64,000 nt of DNA from a virus: IMG/VR virus record IMGVR_UViG_3300028195_000197, positions 3,248-67,247 of that record. One strand, 5' to 3'. The notes below the pieces were generated by a model. That model had not been told where the DNA came from. It made no database searches and saw only the letters and a list, made by a program, of their open reading frames with translations. Both the position numbers and the translations under genes were made by a program. Within the stretch, counting starts at the first letter, position 1; the number at the start of each line of letters is the position of its first letter. This document shows, in pieces, positions 10,207 through 20,131 of this stretch.

Positions 10207-10455
10207 TTAGTAAGAATGTATAACAGACTTCATTCGCTGTATAGATTCTTTAAATGCCGCCGCATTTATCATAAGAGTTCCTGTAACGTACTCAGAAACT
10301 ACTTTTTCAAAATCAACTCTTCCATTGTCTCTAAAATAAAATACCTGATGTCTAGGGTCTGACTTATCTGCATGACTATAAAATCCACCTAGAGCTATCA
10401 AAGCAGAAGCCAGGTAAATATCTTTGGTTTCAAAATCTTCTCTTTTATCTTTCAT
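10207..10455 (-). CDS. DUF5659-like small protein
   Basis: FETKDIYLASAL...VFYF pattern. Confidence 0.6.
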   Translation of the reverse strand: MKDKREDFETKDIYLASALIALGGFYSHADKSDPRHQVFYFRDNGRVDFEKVVSEYVTGTLMINAAAFKESIQRMKSVIHSY

Positions 10456-10476
10456 ATAAATTCCTTATTAAAATGA

Positions 10477-10513
10477 AAACACCTTACTAATATAATAATT
10501 TAGTAAGGTGTTT
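10477..10513 (-). terminator. Intergenic hairpin, putative terminator
   Basis: AAACACCTTACTAA / TTAGTAAGGTGTTT 14-bp stem, T-rich tail on minus strand. Confidence 0.55.
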
Positions 10514-10537
10514 ATATCAAGCATATGAATTTATATT

Positions 10538-10825
10538 CTAATCAAACATCCCTACAGTTTCACTAAAATCCATAGTCTGAGATAAGCAGAGATTAGGCTT
10601 TTTATATAATGGTCTAGGTCTCAAACCATGAGAAATATCTTGTGTAAACGTAGGGTTTACACCAAATAATTTACATTTCCTAGTTGTTCTATTGAAATAA
10701 TCGCATGGTGTAACATAATCAGTTTCATCTCGTTCTTCACATAATCTGCCAGAAGGAACAAACTTCTTAGAGTAGTCTACATCTTTTCTACCTAACCTTC
10801 GTTCATGTGTGATATTCAATTCCAT
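10538..10825 (-). CDS. Hypothetical Cys-containing protein
   Basis: AAGGAG RBS. Confidence 0.55.
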   Translation of the reverse strand: MELNITHERRLGRKDVDYSKKFVPSGRLCEERDETDYVTPCDYFNRTTRKCKLFGVNPTFTQDISHGLRPRPLYKKPNLCLSQTMDFSETVGMFD

Positions 10826-10834
10826 ATTTTCTCC

Positions 10835-10993
10835 TTATCCAATTAATATAGGTAATACGATCTCAGGAACTTCCTGGCTTACTTGTGACGTAATAAAAAT
10901 ATACATGACTGTAACTATTAGTATTCCACAGAAAACACCAGAGATGAAGACTGTGAAATAGCGGAGGAATTTGGTTATTAGCTTTGTATTCAT
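10835..10993 (-). CDS. Small single-TM protein (52 aa)
   Basis: Manual translation MNTKLITKFLRYFTVFISGVFCGILIV...; GGAG upstream. Confidence 0.5.
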   Translation of the reverse strand: MNTKLITKFLRYFTVFISGVFCGILIVTVMYIFITSQVSQEVPEIVLPILIG

Positions 10994-11084
10994 ACTTATC
11001 TAAGTCTCCAAGTAAGTGTAGGTACAAAATATATCCTATAATTACACTTTTATCCTTATTTGACAATAAGGATTACCGTTATTA

Positions 11085-11384
11085 TCACTTTATCGGAAGT
11101 TTGACGGTAATAACTCCTGATCCTTCACAAGTAACGCAATCACAACCACCAAACGGGTCAGGTGACCCTAAAATATCTTTACCGCTACCGCCACAATCGT
11201 CACACTCTTCATATACATCTTCGCACCAACGACAAGCGTATTTTTCAAACCTACGCATTTGGTCATCACAATTCAAGCATGTTGCATCATCTATACTTAC
11301 ACTATTCTCGCAAAAATAACATACAACATTCATCGCTATTCGATCTGGAGGCATCCTAGTATCTTCTATATCTCTATCATTCAT
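11085..11384 (-). CDS. Cys-rich Zn-finger protein (DnaJ-type CxxCxGxG repeats)
   Basis: CDDCGGSG, CVTCEGSG; own promoter and RBS. Confidence 0.65.
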   Translation of the reverse strand: MNDRDIEDTRMPPDRIAMNVVCYFCENSVSIDDATCLNCDDQMRRFEKYACRWCEDVYEECDDCGGSGKDILGSPDPFGGCDCVTCEGSGVITVKLPIK

Positions 11385-11402
11385 AATCTTCTCCTTTCCT
11401 GC

Positions 11403-11444
11403 ATTTTACACCATTTATTCTTTATTAAGGTTAAAATTAGATTG
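11403..11444 (-). promoter_or_regulatory. TAAT-box promoter
   Basis: TAACCT-N19-TAAAAT. Confidence 0.65.
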
Positions 11445-11703
11445 GGGATTTTTCACCTATTGCACCTTTAAGAGTTTCAGGATGAGCCATTACAATATCT
11501 CCCATCTTATAAAAAGAGCTATCTGGTTTGTATTTCTTAGTAATCACCAACTCTTTCTTACAAAAAGGAGACCACTTTCTACCATACAATTTAGTAAAAA
11601 GCCTTTCTTTTATGCTCCTATTTACATATTTTGCAGTATATCCATCTGGCACTACTAAATTGCCATCTGATACGAGTTTGAAACCTGCTACATGATTCAT
11701 CAT
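11437..11703 (-). CDS. Hypothetical protein
   Basis: AAGGAG RBS, own promoter. Confidence 0.6.
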   Translation of the reverse strand: MMNHVAGFKLVSDGNLVVPDGYTAKYVNRSIKERLFTKLYGRKWSPFCKKELVITKKYKPDSSFYKMGDIVMAHPETLKGAIGEKSPI

Positions 11704-11722
11704 AATTTTCTCCTTTTCATAT

Positions 11723-11765
11723 ATCTTATCAGAAAATACCTAGGTGCAGATTAGAATTAGATTAG
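11723..11765 (-). promoter_or_regulatory. TAAT-box promoter
   Basis: CTAAT-N6-CTAATCT-N19-TAAGAT. Confidence 0.7.
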
Positions 11766-12655
11766 TATTTATCTTCACACAACCATGACTCATATCTAAC
11801 AACTCTACCAACTGTAGGTTGACTAATACCTCCACATATCTCTCCTATCTCTCTTTGCGAGTAATTTCCTGTTTTCCATAATCTACGCATCTCTCTAGCA
11901 ACATCACAATTTATTTTTGAAAGAGCGTGTTCTTCTTCTCGTGGAGCAGAGTTCTTTATATTTTGTTTATGTGCGCGGGATAAAGTTTTTTCTGGATACT
12001 TTGGAACACCTCTACCTAAATCTTTGCGGATAATCTTTCCTATCATAGCAGAAGACACTCCCCATATATCTCCAATTTCTTGTTGTGTGTAATCTCCAGA
12101 CATATACAAGTTCTGTACTTCTTTATAGTCGGGTTTTGGTATAAGCAACTCACGTTGTTCTGGAACACCTTTTCCTAAATCTTTCTTTACAATTCTACTA
12201 ACTGTACGCCTACTCACATTATATATTTTACTAATCTTTTTTGTAGAAAGGTTAGTATCTTTATACAAATTTTGTATCTCTAATTCTTCATCTAAGGTTA
12301 AAGCAGAAACCTTTCTTTTCATTTCTTCTGACATAATACGACCTTCTGCATGTACATCCGCATATTTAGATAAATTATAATCCTGTCCCCACTCAACTAC
12401 ATTATCCAAATACCATTGCTCTCTATCATATATAGATCCCCTATCTACCACTTCTTCTAAAATACTAAATTCAAAAGATGTTTCTCCATGAACATTCCAT
12501 GAGTTCTGCAAAAGCGGATTGGGGTGAGCATTTCTTCTAAGAAAACTTTTATGATGATTCCACCTATGTACAATATCTATACTACTCCCAATGTAAATTC
12601 TTCCATTCTCTAAGTTTACTATCTTGTATATTCCAGACACATTATTCATATCCAT
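11762..12655 (-). CDS. Free-standing GIY-YIG homing endonuclease with tandem HTH domains
   Basis: SGIYKI...YIGSS, EQ.YLD, YN; three HTH repeats. Confidence 0.9.
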   Translation of the reverse strand: MDMNNVSGIYKIVNLENGRIYIGSSIDIVHRWNHHKSFLRRNAHPNPLLQNSWNVHGETSFEFSILEEVVDRGSIYDREQWYLDNVVEWGQDYNLSKYADVHAEGRIMSEEMKRKVSALTLDEELEIQNLYKDTNLSTKKISKIYNVSRRTVSRIVKKDLGKGVPEQRELLIPKPDYKEVQNLYMSGDYTQQEIGDIWGVSSAMIGKIIRKDLGRGVPKYPEKTLSRAHKQNIKNSAPREEEHALSKINCDVAREMRRLWKTGNYSQREIGEICGGISQPTVGRVVRYESWLCEDKY

Positions 12656-12660
12656 TCCAA

Positions 12661-12760
12661 AACAAATAGCGGCTAATGAAATTCGAGTGTTTGCTTATGA
12701 CACAAGTTCACTAACCGCTATTTGTTCTCGAAGTCTTATGTCATAAGCATAAAGAGTATA
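12661..12760 (-). ncRNA. Pseudoknot-capable structured 5' leader with -10 TATACT
   Basis: 20-bp stem 12661-80/12707-26; loop segments complementary to 12727-32 and 12739-49. Confidence 0.6.
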
Positions 12761-12771
12761 CCATTAAAATA

Positions 12772-12800
12772 AAAAGAGTGCAAGAAATTCTTGCACTCTT
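12772..12800 (-). terminator. Rho-independent terminator after capsid gene
   Basis: AAGAGTGCAAGAA/TTCTTGCACTCTT followed by T-run. Confidence 0.85.
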
Positions 12801-12824
12801 AATCTAAATCGGACTAATCTTATC

Positions 12825-14012
12825 TTAATCGTTCGATAAGTGGACTACTGGACAGGTTGATACCGATCTCCCACTGAACAAGCTCGTATATTTACCATGA
12901 GCGCATCGAGCTTTGGCAACTAGGACAGTTTTCTTCCAAATCTGGAACGCAATTGCAGTACATCCAGGAGCTAAGTCCTTGAAAGCCAATGGGATTTGAG
13001 TCTTACGGAATATCAAAGGTTCTCCGTTGTGGCTCATACGCAGAGCGTAAAGGCTGGATTGGAATGTAGTTGCACTTGAAGCTGTGCGAGTAAAGTTACT
13101 ATCCGCAACAACCATGAGCGTACCGATGCCAGTATTGACTTCACCTGCGAAGTTGTAACCAGGAACGATGCGACTTCCGTCATTGTGATTTACAAGTTGC
13201 GAACCTTGATAACCAAGTTGGAAATATGCGCTCATCATTTCTTGGATGGCAGTGGGATGACCGAAAACTGCGGTAGGTTTAGCACAACCTTCTGCTAAGA
13301 AACGGTCAAAGTTTGCACCAGAGAACGTGCCAGATGCCTCACTCGAAGCGTTTGTATGTGAGCCATTGCCAGAGGTGATGAGAGTTTCAATGCCATCATA
13401 TTCGAGAGCGTTAGAGCTTGCGTTACCACGAACTAAGAGGCGATCTTCGCCATTCAGTACGAGGGTTGCCATCAAAGCCATTTCTTTTGCTTTCAAATTA
13501 GCAACTGCCTGATTAGCTAACGTATTTACACCAGCAACACCAGGAAGTCCTTGACCAGCAGGCATAGGCCCGTTCAAACTATCAATACCTACACCAAAAC
13601 CGCCTTGCGACATGCCTGCTACAGCAGCAGAGTGCATGATGTCAGAAAGGGTTAGAGATTTGTAAGCGCCAATGTTTTTTAGTGTGGCAGTAACATTATC
13701 ACCATCATGCTCATAATTTTCAGGGCATGCTCCATCCGCAAATGAAACATAAGATGAACCAGAGACAAAAGCAAGTTCATCCATCTCTCGATAAGTAAAT
13801 GCTTTCAGTCCAGTGCTTTCATCTGGAATAGCCCGAAGCAAATTTACTTCTTCGCACATAGCGAGTAGTTCAGTCGTGTCTAAGGGGGTAGGGTATTGTG
13901 CAGCAAAATCATCAGGAGTAGAAACTCCAGGGAGTACAGGGTCTGTTGCTTTTGAAACAAATCCCTGTTCTGCTACTTGGTCTTGACCAAGATTTAATAC
14001 TAATTCAGGCAT
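12825..14012 (-). CDS. Major capsid protein
   Basis: Follows protease/scaffold; strong RBS, own promoter and terminator; RGN.....EYDGI motif. Confidence 0.8.
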   Translation of the reverse strand: MPELVLNLGQDQVAEQGFVSKATDPVLPGVSTPDDFAAQYPTPLDTTELLAMCEEVNLLRAIPDESTGLKAFTYREMDELAFVSGSSYVSFADGACPENYEHDGDNVTATLKNIGAYKSLTLSDIMHSAAVAGMSQGGFGVGIDSLNGPMPAGQGLPGVAGVNTLANQAVANLKAKEMALMATLVLNGEDRLLVRGNASSNALEYDGIETLITSGNGSHTNASSEASGTFSGANFDRFLAEGCAKPTAVFGHPTAIQEMMSAYFQLGYQGSQLVNHNDGSRIVPGYNFAGEVNTGIGTLMVVADSNFTRTASSATTFQSSLYALRMSHNGEPLIFRKTQIPLAFKDLAPGCTAIAFQIWKKTVLVAKARCAHGKYTSLFSGRSVSTCPVVHLSND

Positions 14013-14087
14013 TATAGCCTCCTTCTAATTCAATAGGTTTCCCACGCCGCCGAAGAAGGCTTAACCGTAGTTGTTGGTTATAGTTTT

Positions 14088-14116
14088 ATTCTACAACCTT
14101 GATTACATTATGTAAA
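14088..14116 (-). promoter_or_regulatory. Sigma70-like capsid promoter overlapped by TTACATTATGTAA palindrome
   Basis: TTTACA-N17-TAGAAT. Confidence 0.7.
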
Positions 14117-14123
14117 GTATAAC

Positions 14124-15641
14124 TTATCCCAATCCTGCAAGTCTCTCAATTTGAGATAATTGTTTTTGTCCCTGCTCAGTGATATTACTTCGCTTTACTT
14201 CAATGCTTCGAGGAGCGGGAACATCATCAGTAAGTGCTGGAGCTACAGATTGTGCAGTAAGTCCACTTAACTCTTTCACTAGCTGCGAAACGATTTCTTG
14301 TTTCAAAGTAGGAATAAGTTCTTGCATAGTAGATTTGATGACACCTGCAACGTCAGCTAATGCGCCTTGGGGGGCTACTTTAGACTTCACAACTTCTCCA
14401 AGCTCATTGAACATAGGCTGAATTTCTTTCAATGCTTCTTCGCCATAAATACCTTTTTCAGCAAGTTCAGCAAGTTTGTCTTCTAAGATTTTGGCAAATT
14501 CTACTACTTCTGATTTTGGAGTAACTTCTTCTTCGGGAACAACTTCTACTTTCTTAGCGGGAACTGCTTCCGCTTCAACTGATTTTCCGTCTTTCATAAT
14601 TACCTCATCATTTACAGATTTCTCTGTACTAATTTCTTCATCAAATTCAATTCTCCATCCATCATCTCCAGCTTCACTCTTCACAGAAATATACCCAATT
14701 TCAACTCTTTCCCATGCAGAACGCTTATCGAATGAAAAACCTTTATCACCATCACTGTATCCTACTCTGTATAAAGTTCCAGATTCGGACACAATAACGC
14801 TGTTTTCTGTAACAGTACGCACATACATTGGAGGACTGAATTCATCATAAAAACTTCCTCGAACAGACCATGCGTAATCTTCTAAATCTTTTTCAGACTT
14901 CACAACCAAAATATCTTCAACTACTTGAGACTTCTGCTCAAGTTCGATGTCACTTCCTATAATGCTCTCTGCATCATCTTTCTTAGTCATAATATCACTT
15001 GATTTCATTTCGATCTCCACATCAGTTCTAGGATGAGCAGGAACACGAGTAAATGCTTTGTGTACCAAATGTCCTTTCAAATAAACTTTGTTCTCTACAC
15101 ATTTAGTACACAGTTCACATTTATCTTCTAACGATTTTCTAGTGAACACAAAATCGTCACCATCTTTGATTTCATGCTTATGTTCTAAGTCAATAAATCC
15201 AATAGACACTCTAACTGGATTTTCAAAGTCTTTTTCTTCTGCATACAAATCATTGTACACAGATTTCCAAATTCTATTGCCCAAATCATTATCATAAAGA
15301 ACGTCTACTGATTTTAGTTTCTCCCCATCAAGATATAACTTTTCTTGTTCACCAGGAAGCTCATCAAAAGCGTCCGACTTATAGTGAGCAACAGATAGAT
15401 AGGGTTTACCACCTTGCCACTTCTCTTCGTGAACAACAGTGTCAAATGGTTCTGGTACAGGAAGATTGTCATCACTTCTCTGAATGAAATCTTCAAAAAG
15501 TTCTACGGACATTTTCTCCCCGTAAACATCCTCTCCAGTATCAGAATTTACCATGCGCAAGCGCATAGTCCCATCTGCTTTCTCACGAGAAGCCTTTACA
15601 ATAATCATATCAACGCTAGAAATAGGTTGAACTTCGTCCAT
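14124..15641 (-). CDS. Prohead protease/scaffold fusion
   Basis: D.YGE.M, H, RVSIGF, TRVPA.PRT; acidic helical C-terminus; position upstream of capsid. Confidence 0.75.
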   Translation of the reverse strand: MDEVQPISSVDMIIVKASREKADGTMRLRMVNSDTGEDVYGEKMSVELFEDFIQRSDDNLPVPEPFDTVVHEEKWQGGKPYLSVAHYKSDAFDELPGEQEKLYLDGEKLKSVDVLYDNDLGNRIWKSVYNDLYAEEKDFENPVRVSIGFIDLEHKHEIKDGDDFVFTRKSLEDKCELCTKCVENKVYLKGHLVHKAFTRVPAHPRTDVEIEMKSSDIMTKKDDAESIIGSDIELEQKSQVVEDILVVKSEKDLEDYAWSVRGSFYDEFSPPMYVRTVTENSVIVSESGTLYRVGYSDGDKGFSFDKRSAWERVEIGYISVKSEAGDDGWRIEFDEEISTEKSVNDEVIMKDGKSVEAEAVPAKKVEVVPEEEVTPKSEVVEFAKILEDKLAELAEKGIYGEEALKEIQPMFNELGEVVKSKVAPQGALADVAGVIKSTMQELIPTLKQEIVSQLVKELSGLTAQSVAPALTDDVPAPRSIEVKRSNITEQGQKQLSQIERLAGLG

Positions 15642-15643
15642 AT

Positions 15644-15949
15644 TTACTCCAAAATTGTTACATTTAAGTAACGCTCTCTAAAACCAATTTCAAAAATATA
15701 AACCATCCAGCTAGTTATAGCTCCAGTGAAAAACTCACTTACAAAAGGAACGTAACCAACTCCTAACTCATAAAATACGGTAGACAATAAATCTACTCTA
15801 AAGATAGCTGCGAGTATGGAAAATATCCATACTCCAGAGCAAAGAGAACAATTTTGCCATTCGTTCAGAAATTGTGGAAGGGGAAACTTCTGAACTAGAT
15901 AAATTGTTAATCTTCCAAATAACACTACTAACAAAAACCATTTAAGCAT
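15644..15949 (-). CDS. DUF1360-like membrane protein
   Basis: RLT...CxxCxGVW plus TM helices. Confidence 0.6.
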   Translation of the reverse strand: MLKWFLLVVLFGRLTIYLVQKFPLPQFLNEWQNCSLCSGVWIFSILAAIFRVDLLSTVFYELGVGYVPFVSEFFTGAITSWMVYIFEIGFRERYLNVTILE

Positions 15950-16202
15950 CTTTCTTAGGTCTACCTACTTTCTTTGCTACGACTTTAGGTTTTGATGCTT
16001 CATTTACCCATTCATATTTTGCCATATGAATAAAGAAGAAATCCACATTTACACCTGCATCATTATGACGCATACCGCCATAAGTCTGTCCCATTACTTC
16101 CCATCCATTCTTTTGTAACTCTTGAACTTGCTTACGAAAGCTCTCATACTGAGTAGGATATTGTAAAGGAACTGTTTGCCAACCGATCTGTTTCTTAATC
16201 AT
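15942..16202 (-). CDS. Hypothetical protein (GRPKK tail)
   Basis: Coupled ORF. Confidence 0.55.
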   Translation of the reverse strand: MIKKQIGWQTVPLQYPTQYESFRKQVQELQKNGWEVMGQTYGGMRHNDAGVNVDFFFIHMAKYEWVNEASKPKVVAKKVGRPKKDA

Positions 16203-16215
16203 AACTAAACACCTC

Positions 16216-18150
16216 TCATTTGAATCTTCCTAAAAGACTTTTTGCTTCTAGGTTTATATAAGCCGAAACAAAACTATCAAAATCTCCATATAAGGCTTTA
16301 TGGACATCTTTTACTATATTATCGTAATTTGTTTCTATATCAGTGTCAACACCGTTTTCTGTTAGTAAAATGTCTTTCAGAAGATAAATGGTAGACTTTC
16401 CTATAAATTCCTTTGCTCCATCATTTAAACTACTTTTAAATTCCTCAGCAACCGTATCCCAATCTACACCATGTAATTTTCCTTTCATGTCATCAGACAT
16501 ATTCTTTGTAGCTAATCTCTCAAGTTCTTCTGGTAAGGAGTTAGAGAAACTTAGCTTCATCCACTTTTTACCTTTCCAAACTGATTTTATAACTTCAATC
16601 AATTCTAAAGAATCAATATCTCCAAACAGAGAAGTATCTACCATAGAACGAACCAAATAAATCTCATCTTCTGAAAGCTGTTTCTTTGCTTTAATAATAG
16701 ACTCTCCAGCAGGTTTTACAATATCAGTAACGAAGCCTTTCACGTATCTTTCAAAATCTTTTGACTTATTTACAGAGATAGCAGATAAACGTACTTGCCC
16801 TTGTCCACCAGATGCTACACTTTCAGAACTTCCAAGAGAGCCAGGTCGTTCTGGAGACTTATTTGTATCTTCCTCTGGTTCAACGCCTTCTGGAATAGCT
16901 TCTTGAAAATCTTTACTCATCAGCCCATCTTGTAGCATTTGTAATCGCATTTCTTCGCGGGAGAATAGCCCCATCTCATACATTGGCTTGAAAGCTGTAA
17001 CAGTAGCCAATCTTGCCTTACCCATTGCCATATTTACTTCATCGTCAGGGTCAATGATGTTGAACTGTAATGTGTCAGGAAGAAAGTTCTCTATAAAACG
17101 TTTTATTGCTTTCTTTGCTCTAGCAATACCGCTTCGCTTAGTTCTACGCTCTTGGCGTATAGAACCTGCTAAAGTTTCTCCAGAAGCAGACGTAGTTTGT
17201 AACCCTATATCAGAGAGAGATAATCCATAAGCAGCAGTTACTATGGCTGCATATTTCAAAGTAATCCTGTCATACATGATGTCATTCGGTACTTTACCAA
17301 AAGGAATAAATTTTACATCGGTAGTATGCTCATAAAGAATAGGAATAGCAAATGAGCTAGGGTCTCCTGCTTGAAAAGCTCTAAACGCTTTCGCCCAATC
17401 GTATGCACTATCCTTTTCCATATCTCCTAAATCTAAAAGACCTGCTGGAGGAGTGTCTAGCAATAAATTGGAATAATATTGATCACCTCTACGCAACATC
17501 TCTAAAGCAAAATACACTTTTTCAGGAGGAGCCATTCCCCAACCATCCCTAAGAATATCATTTCTAGGAGTCATATACACACGAGACATGGCATAAGCGG
17601 GGAACTTAGCAGAATGACCATTATAGTACTGAACTACGGGGAATTCTCTGTTTAGAGTGGGATACAAGGTTGCTCCATCAATCGGCTTTACCCAAACAAC
17701 TCTACCATTTGAACTGTCTTTCTTTCTTCCAATTTCTGCTCCTGCACCAAAAGGAATGTCCAGGAAATCAGACAAAATTCGTTCAACTAATCCTTCATAT
17801 CCAAAATCATAATAATAGCCTCCCTTATCAATAAGTTTGGAGTAATATTTAACCACTGATTTTAGCTCGTCACGTTTTTCACTGTCCCTAGCAGTAACAG
17901 ACCAATCAAATCCAATAACTGTGGATAAAAGAGATTCTTTACAATCTACAGCAATTGGCTGTAGCATAACAAACTTACGCCACATTTCAGCACTAACCGC
18001 ATCAGGTCTAGCCCAAGGCGTAGTAAATCTGGTGAAGAATATATCATCAGTATTTATAGAACGCTGACCAGACTCCTTTGAAGGTTCAGGAACTTCTGGA
18101 ATTGGAGTTAATGTATTTTGTGAACTAGGAAATCCCAGTGTTTTTGTCAT
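16216..18150 (-). CDS. Portal protein (HK97-like)
   Basis: IDGAT, GWGMAP.E, P.GLL, AAYGLS.SDIG. Confidence 0.85.
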   Translation of the reverse strand: MTKTLGFPSSQNTLTPIPEVPEPSKESGQRSINTDDIFFTRFTTPWARPDAVSAEMWRKFVMLQPIAVDCKESLLSTVIGFDWSVTARDSEKRDELKSVVKYYSKLIDKGGYYYDFGYEGLVERILSDFLDIPFGAGAEIGRKKDSSNGRVVWVKPIDGATLYPTLNREFPVVQYYNGHSAKFPAYAMSRVYMTPRNDILRDGWGMAPPEKVYFALEMLRRGDQYYSNLLLDTPPAGLLDLGDMEKDSAYDWAKAFRAFQAGDPSSFAIPILYEHTTDVKFIPFGKVPNDIMYDRITLKYAAIVTAAYGLSLSDIGLQTTSASGETLAGSIRQERRTKRSGIARAKKAIKRFIENFLPDTLQFNIIDPDDEVNMAMGKARLATVTAFKPMYEMGLFSREEMRLQMLQDGLMSKDFQEAIPEGVEPEEDTNKSPERPGSLGSSESVASGGQGQVRLSAISVNKSKDFERYVKGFVTDIVKPAGESIIKAKKQLSEDEIYLVRSMVDTSLFGDIDSLELIEVIKSVWKGKKWMKLSFSNSLPEELERLATKNMSDDMKGKLHGVDWDTVAEEFKSSLNDGAKEFIGKSTIYLLKDILLTENGVDTDIETNYDNIVKDVHKALYGDFDSFVSAYINLEAKSLLGRFK

Positions 18151-18177
18151 AAATAAATCCTTTTATTTTGCAATAGC

Positions 18178-20124
18178 CTAGAAAATATTTACATCTCTTG
18201 ATAAATTTACAAGATGTTTCTTTTCTCCAACATTAACTTCTTCAAGTTCAGTTATTAGGACATTAGATGTCCAAGGTTTCGCTAAATTAATAATACTTGA
18301 CCCTATATTTTCCATACGCCCATCTATCATACGAGAAATCTGAGGCGCATTGGTGCTGACCATAAATCTATTATCGGGATGCTTTTCTGGTTTTACTACA
18401 GTAAACATCTGAACATATCTAGGATTACCATGAACATCTTCTGGGTAAGGTAAATTATCTTGGTCTAATCCACCAAATCTTATTTCAGTGTCACTATCTC
18501 TACTTTCTTCGTAGTACATATTACCTTTAAAACCAAGAAGTTTAAAATAGTAAGGATTATTTAGTTCTAAGTTAGCACCAATAACATAATCTGTCGTAAA
18601 ATTCTTATCTTCACTTGAAGTGTAATCGGTCAAAGCGCGATTCTGTGCCATGAGAGAAGAATAAACCATTACGTAATAAGCTATAGGCATCCCAGGGTTA
18701 TCTAGCATCGAAAGCTCAAATTGGAAAAACTGAGTAGGTTCTTGTAACTGCACAAAAACAACGCGCTGTTGATTAGGTTTAACAAAAACCGCAGTATAGG
18801 GTACAGATAATTTACTATATCTCTTATCTGTCTCAAAACCCCACCACCAATATTTCCCATCATCAGGAGCAGTAACAAATCTCTTTATTTCAGCGGGAAT
18901 GGAGCTTTTAGGTGGTATAAGGGAATTTAAAGTTTTTTCAGGAACTTCCCAAACAAGTAAATCAGCATCATCAATAGAAATCCACCCTTCTATAGGAATA
19001 TTAGGATTTTCTACGTATAATGTATGAAGCCATTTTTGACCTCTATCTGTAACAATTCTATCTCCAACTATAACTGCTCCACGATAAGTTGTAGCAAGAA
19101 TTTTTCCACTTCCACGCTCCTCCCTTACATTTACGTACTTCCATTTATCTTGATAACAAGAATACAAATTCTCTGGACGATTAGGGTCAGGTTTCCAATT
19201 CCAACGTCTAGCAGGATTATCAGGAGGCTCTTCATCTACTACAGTTTCCAAAGTAACATACTTTTTACCTGTGAAAATATTTTCTACTGGAACGTGTAAA
19301 GTTGTCTCACAATAGATAAAACCGTCATCGTCAGGATGTTTTACATTCTTCACTGGAAACTGTCTACCTCCCCAAGTCCTTGCTACAGTTTCATAATCTA
19401 TTCCAGAGCCGTCCTTCAATGAAGGAACTTTACCAGAGACAACCGTTGCAAGGATTTCAGGCTCCACTTCTTCCGCTACTTCTAATACATTATTTTCAAT
19501 ATTACCAGTAAAAATTTCCCATTCTTCATCCGTTCCCATGAAATAATTCAGGTCAATAGCCGTCTTTACATATTTATTCAAACCGTATGCAACACCATCC
19601 CCTCTCTCAGAGAACTGCCAAAGCAAAGATTTGAAAGGCTTATCAAATGGAGCATCTGCTTCATATCTAGCTTCCCAAAAAGGATATTTCTCGAATAAAT
19701 TCCACTTATCTTGAGGAACTTTCTCATTCCAATAATAATAACGAGTATAAACACCAATCCTTCCAACCATTTCAGGAATCAATCTTTCAATTTCTCTAAG
19801 AAATGTGTGAAAGTCTACCCAAGATGCGTAAGGAGCATTGTCATAATCTCTTTCATAATCAGCCCAAATATAACCTTCTAAAGGATTATCTTTCAATACA
19901 GCAGCAAGAAGCTCTGCTTGTCTTGATGGTTTGTATCTTTGGTCGAAAAACCAATAAGTGCTTCTAGGCAACATGCCTTCCGAAGCGTCATAGTTCTTCT
20001 GAAAATAATTATCAATCCAAGAACCCTGCCCTGCACGAAGAATAGTAAATTCTGCCCCATTAGCTACCATCTTTGTGTAATCTACATTCTCTGCCCAAAA
20101 ACTTGTATCAGTACCGATTCTCAT
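18178..20124 (-). CDS. GH25 muramidase endolysin, multi-domain
   Basis: GTDTS.W, WADYE, LWQFS, IDLN.F; SH3b-like VNVR...GWIS module. Confidence 0.85.
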   Translation of the reverse strand: MRIGTDTSFWAENVDYTKMVANGAEFTILRAGQGSWIDNYFQKNYDASEGMLPRSTYWFFDQRYKPSRQAELLAAVLKDNPLEGYIWADYERDYDNAPYASWVDFHTFLREIERLIPEMVGRIGVYTRYYYWNEKVPQDKWNLFEKYPFWEARYEADAPFDKPFKSLLWQFSERGDGVAYGLNKYVKTAIDLNYFMGTDEEWEIFTGNIENNVLEVAEEVEPEILATVVSGKVPSLKDGSGIDYETVARTWGGRQFPVKNVKHPDDDGFIYCETTLHVPVENIFTGKKYVTLETVVDEEPPDNPARRWNWKPDPNRPENLYSCYQDKWKYVNVREERGSGKILATTYRGAVIVGDRIVTDRGQKWLHTLYVENPNIPIEGWISIDDADLLVWEVPEKTLNSLIPPKSSIPAEIKRFVTAPDDGKYWWWGFETDKRYSKLSVPYTAVFVKPNQQRVVFVQLQEPTQFFQFELSMLDNPGMPIAYYVMVYSSLMAQNRALTDYTSSEDKNFTTDYVIGANLELNNPYYFKLLGFKGNMYYEESRDSDTEIRFGGLDQDNLPYPEDVHGNPRYVQMFTVVKPEKHPDNRFMVSTNAPQISRMIDGRMENIGSSIINLAKPWTSNVLITELEEVNVGEKKHLVNLSRDVNIF

Positions 20125-20131
20125 ATCTCAC

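Noticed and set aside
10863-11066. 67-aa ORF in the track
   Set aside because: An overlapping 52-aa TM ORF (10835..10993) has the RBS and better coupling
12799-12831. CTAAT-N6-TTAAT repeat at the capsid stop
   Set aside because: No -10 box at the 19-nt spacing; not counted as a promoter
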